Virus record (IMG/VR): IMGVR_UViG_3300045971_000577
Span: 62,001-126,000 of that record
Length of the DNA stretch: 64,000 nucleotides
Direction: 5' to 3' (one strand)
Below, piece after piece: positions 57,210 through 64,000 of this stretch. Below the pieces are notes generated by a model. It saw only the letters and a program-made list of their open reading frames with translations, was not told the origin of the DNA and did not search any database. The number at the start of each line of letters is the position of its first letter. Within the stretch, counting starts at the first letter, position 1. The translations under genes were made by a program, and so were the position numbers.

Positions 57210-58031
57210 TTAGATATCAATAGTTTCTCTTCGTGACATTGCCTTTAGTGCTGCTCTGTCTTCTTCGGACAACGTTCTGGGGATAGAAATAGACAATCTT
57301 ACAAGTAAATCTCCCGTTTTATTTAGCTCGGGATTCTTCATACCCTTGCTCGCTAACTTAACGATCTGACCATTCTGTATTCCCGCAGGGATAATGAATT
57401 GTAACGCAGTATTGTCTAGGTGCGCAAGTGTAGCCTGTATGCCTAACATAGCTTCGATCGCAGTGATCTCAATATCGACAAGCAGGTCATCGTTTGATCG
57501 TTTGAACTTTTGATGTGTTTGTACATCAATCCTAAACATCTTCCCAGATGCATAAAGACGAGCCTGAGAGCGGATGCCTGCAGGAATAATCAACGTGGTA
57601 TCTTTGTCGATACGCACTATCTTTCCGGTATATGCATCTTCAAGAGAGATGTTGACTATAAAGTTGGGTGTGGAGGCGCTGCTGCGATGCTGATTGAAGC
57701 CAGCATTGTTGAAATTGAACTTACCGCCAAAGATATTGCCAAAAATCTCTTGAAATTCTTCGGGATTAATTCCATGATGAAATCCGCTAGAATTCTGTTG
57801 TGGTGCATTGTGACCGAATTGATCGTATGCAGCACGCTTCTGTGGATTGGAGAGTTCTTCGTAAGCTTCTTTCGCTTCCTTGAACTTTACCTCAACCTTA
57901 GCTTTTTCGGCTTCGTCGGTTTGCTTGTCGGGATGGAACTGACTTGCCAGTTTACGGTAAGCTTTCTTTAGGTCATCTTCCGATGCATCTCGGGCTACTC
58001 CGAGCACATCGTAGTAGTCTCGTTTACTCAT
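57210..58031 (-). CDS. dnaJ: DnaJ-class co-chaperone (no zinc finger, CbpA-like)
   Basis: [22 protein letters not shown]-rich linker, C-terminal domain. Confidence 0.9.
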   Translation of the reverse strand: MSKRDYYDVLGVARDASEDDLKKAYRKLASQFHPDKQTDEAEKAKVEVKFKEAKEAYEELSNPQKRAAYDQFGHNAPQQNSSGFHHGINPEEFQEIFGNIFGGKFNFNNAGFNQHRSSASTPNFIVNISLEDAYTGKIVRIDKDTTLIIPAGIRSQARLYASGKMFRIDVQTHQKFKRSNDDLLVDIEITAIEAMLGIQATLAHLDNTALQFIIPAGIQNGQIVKLASKGMKNPELNKTGDLLVRLSISIPRTLSEEDRAALKAMSRRETIDI

Positions 58032-58038
58032 ATGTTGG

Positions 58039-58206
58039 TTATTTCTTTAACTTGGCTACACAGACGTATTTCGTTGCGCTCCACTGGTGGCCAGCGTCGA
58101 TGCAGGCTTTTCTTTCAGGAGCATGCGCTTCACCTAATGTTCCGGCCATTAGTATCATTGCACCGAGTGCAAGACCACCTATAACAAGGACTTGTAACCA
58201 GCTCAT
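58039..58206 (-). CDS. 55-aa membrane-anchored protein (below cutoff)
   Basis: Hand-translated [22 protein letters not shown]...ACIDAGHQW....VC. Confidence 0.65.
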   Translation of the reverse strand: MSWLQVLVIGGLALGAMILMAGTLGEAHAPERKACIDAGHQWSATKYVCVAKLKK

Positions 58207-58427
58207 TAGAAGCGATAGGTGATACGACCCATGTTCATGTCGTACGGACTCATCTCAATCTCAACTTCGTCGTCAAGAAGGATCTGAATATTGTTCTTGC
58301 GGATCTTGCCGCTGATAACTGCATTCAAGACATGCCCGTTCTCCAGTTTTACTTTGAAACGTGCTCCAGGGCTGGCATCTGTTACTCGGCCCTTAGTGAT
58401 GATCATATCGTCTTTGTCTTTACTCAA
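58206..58427 (-). CDS. infA: translation initiation factor IF-1
   Basis: G.V....[31 protein letters not shown]...GRITYR; TTG start. Confidence 0.95.
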   Translation of the reverse strand: MSKDKDDMIITKGRVTDASPGARFKVKLENGHVLNAVISGKIRKNNIQILLDDEVEIEMSPYDMNMGRITYRF

Positions 58428-58439
58428 GTTATCTTATCC

Positions 58440-59186
58440 TCAATATTCAAGTCTGGTGTTGCTGAGCAATACTACCTTGTCATCCCTACTGATGCAAAGG
58501 TATTTTCCTAATGGAAGAACCTGACAGTTACCTAGCATGCTTTGCAGCACCTTGGCTTCATACGGATTCTGTCCAACTCTAAAGGCAGACTCGCTCAAGA
58601 AGTTTCTGCCAATTACTGTGTCGTAGTCGCCAATATCAGCGACTTCGGCCATAATCTTTTTACCGATAGTAGTTAGTGTAAGTGTATTGTCTACAAAAGT
58701 CAAGCCTGTAACCATGGACTCACCAAAAAAACTGTCTACATTTTCTTTAACTGATTTCACGTTGAACTCGTCCTTGGTTACATAGCTTTCTGGTTGAAGC
58801 ATAACATAGTTGAACAATTCGGGATCGTTGAACTTAAATGTTTGCCCCATTGATAGGTAAGTTGTTACAATCCATTCTTGCTCCCCCGATACATTCTCAA
58901 CGTCTTTGAGCAATGCCTGGAACTTGTTTGGAAAAGAATCATCTCTCGACATTTCGACAAAGACGAGATAGCGCCCTTCTTCGTCTGTATTGGGACTTAC
59001 TTCAACATCCAGGGTGTCGATGAACCCTCTTTGGATGAATGTATTTAGGTCTTCCGCCGGAGCTTGGTCGTCGAGGTGGAACGCCACAACGATAACATCT
59101 TTTTCGTCGCCGGCCTTTGGTTCAAACTCGTCAATCGAAACATCAGGCAGGACAGTACCTGCTAGATCGCCATTCTTTAGACTCAT
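58440..59186 (-). CDS. hypothetical phage protein
   Basis: L..GDL...V...VSIDEF.PK.G....VIVV.F...PA.DL..FI..G. Confidence 0.8.
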   Translation of the reverse strand: MSLKNGDLAGTVLPDVSIDEFEPKAGDEKDVIVVAFHLDDQAPAEDLNTFIQRGFIDTLDVEVSPNTDEEGRYLVFVEMSRDDSFPNKFQALLKDVENVSGEQEWIVTTYLSMGQTFKFNDPELFNYVMLQPESYVTKDEFNVKSVKENVDSFFGESMVTGLTFVDNTLTLTTIGKKIMAEVADIGDYDTVIGRNFLSESAFRVGQNPYEAKVLQSMLGNCQVLPLGKYLCISRDDKVVLLSNTRLEY

Positions 59187-59773
59187 ACTTGTCCCTCTGG
59201 TGACTGCGACATTTCGCCGCCCATGTCATCCATTCCTTCGCCGCCCTGCATGTCTTGTTCTCCGCCCATGTCTTCTGCTTCTGGTGGTGCTTCATCTTGA
59301 TAAGCATCTGCAAGTTCTGCGTTGGTAGCATCAATGTCTTGTTGAATGATGTTGTCGATCTGCTCAAGTCCACGATTGATATATTTGATCGGCAATTCTA
59401 TTGTAACGAGCCAAACTTCGTGTTCGCCCATCTTTGCTCTTTTCGACTCAGGATCTCTCCAATCCTGTGGCCCTGTAACCTTCACTGGTTTCTTGAAAAC
59501 TCCCTTACGGAAATTTACCTTGGCGCCTAGCTTTGTCAAACGCAGTCCGCCATTTGGATCTGGCATCATAGCATATGGAAACATCCATACAGTTTTGTAC
59601 CAGTAACGTTGGATAATCGGACCTTCAACCAATTCACCTAGAATCCAGTTCTTGTAAGCGAATAGTTCAGCATTGTCCAGAGTTCTTTCAAACTCCAAAA
59701 GTGTATCCAGAATGTCATCCCCTTGCGAGATTCCGACTAAAGTCTTCTTAATGCTGTCTAGATCTGTGGTCAT
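59183..59773 (-). CDS. hypothetical phage protein
   Basis: LLEFER.LD...LFAYKNW..GELV.GP...RYW, MPDP.GG.RL; late motif at 59791. Confidence 0.8.
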   Translation of the reverse strand: MTTDLDSIKKTLVGISQGDDILDTLLEFERTLDNAELFAYKNWILGELVEGPIIQRYWYKTVWMFPYAMMPDPNGGLRLTKLGAKVNFRKGVFKKPVKVTGPQDWRDPESKRAKMGEHEVWLVTIELPIKYINRGLEQIDNIIQQDIDATNAELADAYQDEAPPEAEDMGGEQDMQGGEGMDDMGGEMSQSPEGQV

Positions 59774-59981
59774 GTTTACCCTCTTTTGATTATTTATCAG
59801 TTTCTAGGCGCTTTCGCAAAGTTTTGAAAAAGGCTTACTATAATGCTCGGGTTTTCCAATATAGGATAAATATTCCTGTATGCACAATACACGCGACAAC
59901 TTCACCGTCGTTTCGAACCAAGGGCAGTCCTTGCCCGGTACTTCATCACACCAAAATAAATCCACAAAAAGGAGCACTACC

Positions 59982-60728
59982 TTGAGCAAAAATCGCAAAA
60001 TGGCGACTAAATCCTCGCCACCATCTCGTCAGTCTCGCCAGCAAGTCGATGACCAATCAAATGTTTACAAGTTGGGCAATCGAAACTACAAGAGAGTTGA
60101 GATGCTACCACGTAACACAGCACAAGAAGCATACGTGGAAGCTTTGCTAGAGAAAAGAATGGTGTTTGCTGTCGGTCCAGCAGGCACAGGTAAGACATTG
60201 CTAGCGGTTCTTCGTGCTATTAAGGCACTAAGAGAGGGGGAAATCACCAAGATCATTCTAACCCGCCCAGCAGTTAGCGTAGACGAAAAACACGGCTTTT
60301 TGCCAGGTGACTTAAATGCAAAGATGGAGCCATGGACACGCCCAATTTTTGACGTATTTGAAGAATATTACGGTTTGCAAGAAACAAAGCGTTTGCTTGA
60401 AGAAGGAACAATTGAAATCGCCCCGCTCGGATTTATGCGTGGACGTACATTCAAGAATGCTTATGTGATTGCTGACGAAATGCAGAACGCAACACCAGAT
60501 CAAACAAAGATGTTACTCACACGTATTGGTGAAGGTAGCAGCATGATCATCACAGGTGACTTGAAGCAGCACGATCGTGGCTTTGAGAAGAATGGATTGA
60601 AAGACTTCTTAGAACGTCTAGCTCAATTCAATGTGAGAACAATGGCAGTATGCACGTTCAAGCGAGAACACATCGAAAGAGATCCTCTAGTAGCAGATGT
60701 ACTAGAAATATACGGGGAGGATAATTGA
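59982..60728 (+). CDS. phoH: PhoH-like ATPase
   Basis: GPAGTGKT, LTRPAV, GFLPG, FMRGRTF, ADEMQN, TGD..Q.D; TTG start after AAGGAG; GATAAATA at 59865. Confidence 0.93.
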   Translation: MSKNRKMATKSSPPSRQSRQQVDDQSNVYKLGNRNYKRVEMLPRNTAQEAYVEALLEKRMVFAVGPAGTGKTLLAVLRAIKALREGEITKIILTRPAVSVDEKHGFLPGDLNAKMEPWTRPIFDVFEEYYGLQETKRLLEEGTIEIAPLGFMRGRTFKNAYVIADEMQNATPDQTKMLLTRIGEGSSMIITGDLKQHDRGFEKNGLKDFLERLAQFNVRTMAVCTFKREHIERDPLVADVLEIYGEDN

Positions 60729-60751
60729 AAAAGGGCCTATAGGCCCTTTTT
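60728..60751. terminator. bidirectional terminator
   Basis: AAAAAGGGCC-TATA-GGCCCTTTTT between convergent genes. Confidence 0.85.
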
Positions 60752-60960
60752 CAATTGCGAGATTTTAGCTCTTTTTCAAGAACTTTAATTTTGTCATTTA
60801 GTTCTTGAAATTGCAAATCATATGCAATGTGACTGTCTACCATATGAGATGTATGCACATATCTTGCATCAGTAAACAAAAATCCACTTACAGTAAAAAT
60901 AAGAGTACCTGATGACCCTGCAAATACTTTCCATGGATTATTCTTGATAGTTTCCCACAT
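60751..60960 (-). CDS. small membrane-anchored coiled-coil protein (paralogue of next gene)
   Basis: KNN.WK...GSSGT.I.....LFT.DARY.H. Confidence 0.7.
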   Translation of the reverse strand: MWETIKNNPWKVFAGSSGTLIFTVSGFLFTDARYVHTSHMVDSHIAYDLQFQELNDKIKVLEKELKSRN

Positions 60961-60964
60961 ATTA

Positions 60965-61291
60965 CTATTCCTTCTTTTTGGGTGTCGCTTCTTCTAACTG
61001 TCGTTGATAGCGATCACGCAAGGCCTGATCTATAGGCGAAAGTTTCTGGTCACGTGATTGAGATCGTTTTATGTCGAGTTCAAACAATTTATCCTCGAGC
61101 ATCTGTCTACGCAATGTCTGCGTAGTTTCATGAATGATTCTATGAGTCTGTACTTTATCCTGAGCTACATCAGCAGCATGGGCATAACGAGCATCAACTG
61201 TGAATAATGCACCAATGAGAGTGATGATCGTACCTGATGATCCTAATGTGATCTTCCAGGTGTTGTTCTTGAGTATCTCAGCAATGTTCAT
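60965..61291 (-). CDS. membrane-anchored coiled-coil protein
   Basis: KNNTWKITLGSSGTIITLIGALFTVDARYAH; CATAAATA at 61316-61323. Confidence 0.75.
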   Translation of the reverse strand: MNIAEILKNNTWKITLGSSGTIITLIGALFTVDARYAHAADVAQDKVQTHRIIHETTQTLRRQMLEDKLFELDIKRSQSRDQKLSPIDQALRDRYQRQLEEATPKKKE

Positions 61292-61359
61292 GAATATCCC
61301 TATATGCTACATAGGTATTTATGATAATTCTTATTCTTTTGTGCGATACTGCACAGAAC

Positions 61360-61832
61360 AATGATGTATTAGATGTTTGACGGTGGAGACCATAGAAAGG
61401 GTATCGTCAAAACACCCAAATAAAAATTTGGAATTTCAACTCACCTTTTGACAGCATCGCCATAGACTGAAAAATAACTTTACGCAGTGTCGGATTGATT
61501 ATTTCTAACTGCAACCTAGTGGAAGTCATTGATGGGCTCTTTTGAGTCACTGCATTTGTTACTCGCATTTCAGTCGCTTGTAACGCAGTCCGTCGGCCAT
61601 ACCTTTCTTTCACATACCGACAGCGAACTTATTTTTATCTGATGCTAATTTCTACGGTTCCCGTATACTTTGGTGATCAGCATTATGTATGCTGATAACA
61701 TCATGCCCTAATCGTGGAAGCCCACGGGATAACCGTCCATTTCTGTCGGCTTGAGTATTGACCGCTATTAGGCAGTTTGTCTCAGTGCAATATTAACTCG
61801 GCGCACCAACCTTCAGCTTCATAATGACAATC
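61360..61832 (-). ncRNA. putative large structured non-coding RNA (unassigned family)
   Basis: Largest gene-free gap in the window; at least 10 nested helices, a long-range closing helix and an 8-bp pseudoknot found by eye; strand inferred from G-U pairs and the upstream gene. Confidence 0.55.
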
Positions 61833-62321
61833 TTAGAGTGCTTTCTTCTGTGCTCTTCTTTCCCTTCGTTGTTCATTACGAAGTTTGAATTCAGCATTAG
61901 TTCTACCTAAACGCTCGACAGTTGTCGGCACTCTTATTTTCTTCTTTTTCTTCTTATTTTTTGCCAAATAAGGATTTCCAGTGGCTTTATCGTATCTAAC
62001 ACGGTGATTTAGAAAAAATCGTAAATCTCTCGATGGATCAAGATACACCACTGTGGTTTTCCAGTGCTGATTTATCAACAATGGATTATTACGAGATTCG
62101 TAGATTAGTGTTTGTTCAATCTCGAATGCAGTCTTTGGGTTATTAAATTCGGCAAGGATCCTGTATGTGTAATCGGCGAAATTTTTACTAACTTCTTCCG
62201 AGCTAGTAAAATAGTGTGTACCGAAATCTAAATTAGCAGGAAAGTAATTAGCTTCTCTATAACCTATATAGAATTTCTTCGTTACTTTGTGCTCACACCG
62301 ATACACATAAGCTCTTGTCAT
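61833..62321 (-). CDS. GIY-YIG-like nuclease with Lys/Arg-rich tail
   Basis: AYVY...HKVTKKFYIGYR, YFTSS, E.EQ.LI, NPLLIN; tail KNKKKKKKIR...RRERRAQKK; no NUMOD3. Confidence 0.75.
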   Translation of the reverse strand: MTRAYVYRCEHKVTKKFYIGYREANYFPANLDFGTHYFTSSEEVSKNFADYTYRILAEFNNPKTAFEIEQTLIYESRNNPLLINQHWKTTVVYLDPSRDLRFFLNHRVRYDKATGNPYLAKNKKKKKKIRVPTTVERLGRTNAEFKLRNEQRRERRAQKKAL

Positions 62322-62335
62322 ATTACCTGTTTTTA

Positions 62336-62923
62336 TTATCCGTTAAGGACCCAACCGAAGATTTCTTTCCACGGTTGCTCAACACTTACTTTCGGGAATA
62401 GATCCGTTTCGTAATGTGTGTTGTATGGGTGATTGATAAGAATAGGCCGTAGACCTGCTTCATATCCTGCCTCTGCTTGACGCATGTGATCCTCAATCCA
62501 GAAATAATTTGTATCAGCCCAACGCAGTAGTTCATGCGCCTTGCTAATGCCCGTTTCTAGACAGACAATCTCGTTAAAAATATCCCCGAAGATTGCCTTC
62601 AGGTTTTTAGTCCGATTGATCTTAGCATCCGGATGACTACTGATACTTGTAACAATAGTAAATCTGAATCCTAAATCAACAATCTTCTGAACATATTCCA
62701 CAGAGTCTGCAAAAGGTTCCAAATCTGCCACTAGCGGACCTTCATTGAATTCTTTTACAAACTGGTGTGCAAGTGTTGACGGAATATTATGTCGGGTATG
62801 AATAGTATAATCACTATCTGTACCAGGAATACGCGGGAAGCCTTTGCTATCCATGAACTTTTCGAAACCTTTGTTCCAGTTTAACAGACAACCGTCTGCA
62901 TCTGATAGGATTACTTTGTTCAT
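62336..62923 (-). CDS. HAD-family phosphatase (5'-nucleotidase-like)
   Basis: ILSDADGCL, VTS, K, WIED, HPYN. Confidence 0.85.
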   Translation of the reverse strand: MNKVILSDADGCLLNWNKGFEKFMDSKGFPRIPGTDSDYTIHTRHNIPSTLAHQFVKEFNEGPLVADLEPFADSVEYVQKIVDLGFRFTIVTSISSHPDAKINRTKNLKAIFGDIFNEIVCLETGISKAHELLRWADTNYFWIEDHMRQAEAGYEAGLRPILINHPYNTHYETDLFPKVSVEQPWKEIFGWVLNG

Positions 62924-63270
62924 ACGTCGAATACTGTTCTGGCACGAACGGTGCCGAATTGGTCGACAAATACTTCGGGACTGGGTTCAGCCTCAACTGG
63001 TGTGCGATATGCTGCATCTAGCTGAGCCAATTGCTTTGCATACTTTTCACGAATGTAGCTTTCAAACTTGTCATAATCAGTTACACCGTAACGGGAACCT
63101 GACAGCATCTTCTTGCTGAGGTAATCACCAATAGCAGAAGACATAGTGGTATGCTTCTTACGCAGTTGATTTACAAACTCAACAGTTTCTTCAGTTTGCC
63201 AATCGTCCTTGTCCTTAGACTTGAGCGAATGCTTATGTGATACAACAATGTAAACTTTTTCTTTAGCCAT
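62920..63270 (-). CDS. hypothetical phage protein
   Basis: 116 aa, AGGAG SD. Confidence 0.75.
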   Translation of the reverse strand: MAKEKVYIVVSHKHSLKSKDKDDWQTEETVEFVNQLRKKHTTMSSAIGDYLSKKMLSGSRYGVTDYDKFESYIREKYAKQLAQLDAAYRTPVEAEPSPEVFVDQFGTVRARTVFDV

Positions 63271-63622
63271 GACTTTCTCCTATCCGGTTAACTTTAATAT
63301 TCTTCATTCCTGCAAACTTTAATTGCATGTAGGTGTCTGATTCTTTATCGTATGTTAGAATTATAGCAGTCCTCTCCGTGCCTTCTCTGATAGCCACGTC
63401 TAATCCGCTAACTGTTACTCCATTATTTGTTCCCGACATATTCCTATACTCGTCAAATATTACAGACGAAGGTGTCAGGCCTATAGGATATTCGTAACGA
63501 GAATATATTTTCTGCATTAGTAAATATCTGCAGCGAATTTGGATGCACGCATCCATGATTCCCAATCTTCGATTGCTTCTTTCTTTGTGTCGCCGCGTCC
63601 AATAAGTCCGTAATCGCGCCAA
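63263..63622 (-). CDS. hypothetical protein
   Basis: Start uncertain; ends YDKESDTYMQLKF. Confidence 0.55.
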   Translation of the reverse strand: MARLRTYWTRRHKERSNRRLGIMDACIQIRCRYLLMQKIYSRYEYPIGLTPSSVIFDEYRNMSGTNNGVTVSGLDVAIREGTERTAIILTYDKESDTYMQLKFAGMKNIKVNRIGESHG

Positions 63623-63738
63623 CCTAATCCATTTCTTGTAGCAATGTCGTCACGCGGAACTGCACAATGCCACTTCCCATCTACACGCCAAAATCGTAGA
63701 TTTTCTACGGTCCATTCGCTTTGTGGAATATATCTCAC
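63517..63738 (-). CDS. hypothetical protein
   Basis: 73 aa, G.GDT..EAI.D motif. Confidence 0.6.
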   Translation of the reverse strand: MRYIPQSEWTVENLRFWRVDGKWHCAVPRDDIATRNGLGWRDYGLIGRGDTKKEAIEDWESWMRASKFAADIY

Positions 63739-64000
63739 ATCAGTCCCTTTGCAACCATCTCTAGCTCTACAAGTGTTGCTGATAGATTTAGCTCAACGTC
63801 GCCAATCTGTCCGTGTTTTACGAGTCCGTCGCGAATGACAAGAATGCACTTGTTTTCTTTCTCTTCGTTGTCAGCCCACACAGCAAGATTTTCATACATG
63901 AAGCGATAAACGCCTTCGTAATCTTCTTGATTGAACTTTTCGCATACGTGAAGTCTACCTTCTCTATATTTTCCGCTTCGGAATAGCGCGACCATATCGA
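63735..64000 (-). CDS. clamp loader (RFC-like) subunit, C-terminal part
   Basis: YRFMY.NL..W......CIL.IRDGL.KH....D.ELNLSATLVEL; 5' part outside window. Confidence 0.65.
   Translation of the reverse strand, partial: DMVALFRSGKYREGRLHVCEKFNQEDYEGVYRFMYENLAVWADNEEKENKCILVIRDGLVKHGQIGDVELNLSATLVELEMVAKGLM

Noticed and set aside
59880-59981. N-terminal extension of PhoH from ATG 59880
   Set aside because: TTG at 59982 has a strong AAGGAG SD; the extension is low-complexity, though a leaderless start 7 nt after the late box cannot be fully excluded.
61407-61613. 68-aa ORF inside the structured gap
   Set aside because: GTG start without convincing SD, no recognisable features, lies across the predicted helices.
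61360-61832. Group I intron, group II intron, tmRNA or RNase P assignment for the structured region
   Set aside because: A P7-like GACUG/CAGUC pairing and a GUGCG are present, but flanking genes look complete (no split exons), and I found no domain V, tRNA-like ends or RNase P P4 consensus. Left unassigned; a degenerate group I-derived RNA is not excluded.
1-64000. Genome-wide stop-codon reassignment
   Set aside because: Long conserved genes are intact in code 11 and end in TAA, TAG and TGA; only one isolated in-frame TGA was seen.
1-64000. CRISPR array, tRNA genes, DGR or retron
   Set aside because: No regularly spaced repeats, cloverleaf/T-loop signatures or reverse transcriptase recognised by eye; a tRNAscan-SE run would be needed to be sure.

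Overview
64 kb of a large lytic dsDNA myovirus (jumbo-phage type, distantly T4-related; gene content resembles the Rak2/GAP32/PBECO4 group and metagenomic relatives, judged by recognition, not by search). Genes are densely packed, nearly all on the minus strand, and read in standard code 11. About 1-21 kb is an early/accessory region with sigma70-type promoters: MoxR-type AAA ATPase plus peptidase-vWA partner, macro domain, RtcB, RlmN/Cfr-like radical SAM enzyme and many small paralogous ORFs. About 21-41 kb holds replication and DNA-modification genes: RNase H/5'-3' exonuclease, QueE, a QueD-like DpdL-type protein, a glycosyltransferase, a DHH phosphoesterase, a TGT/DpdA-like transglycosylase, a sliding clamp, family B DNA polymerase and a DsbA-like protein. 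About 41-55 kb is a late/virion block with a holin-like gene and four large Gly/Thr-rich fibre or structural genes. About 55-64 kb carries ClpA, DnaJ, IF-1, PhoH, a HAD phosphatase and the end of a clamp-loader gene. Several free-standing homing endonucleases are scattered throughout. Most notable: (1) a GIY-YIG-like nuclease with a Lys/Arg tail followed by a ~470-nt heavily base-paired, pseudoknotted non-coding region (candidate nuclease-ncRNA system); (2) a 7-deazaguanine pathway clustered with a glycosyltransferase and an unknown gene; (3) ATC start codons (including DNA polymerase) and many leaderless mRNAs in a phage that carries its own IF-1; (4) several broken or recoded genes and large families of motif-sharing small proteins. 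No tRNA, rRNA or CRISPR array was recognised.
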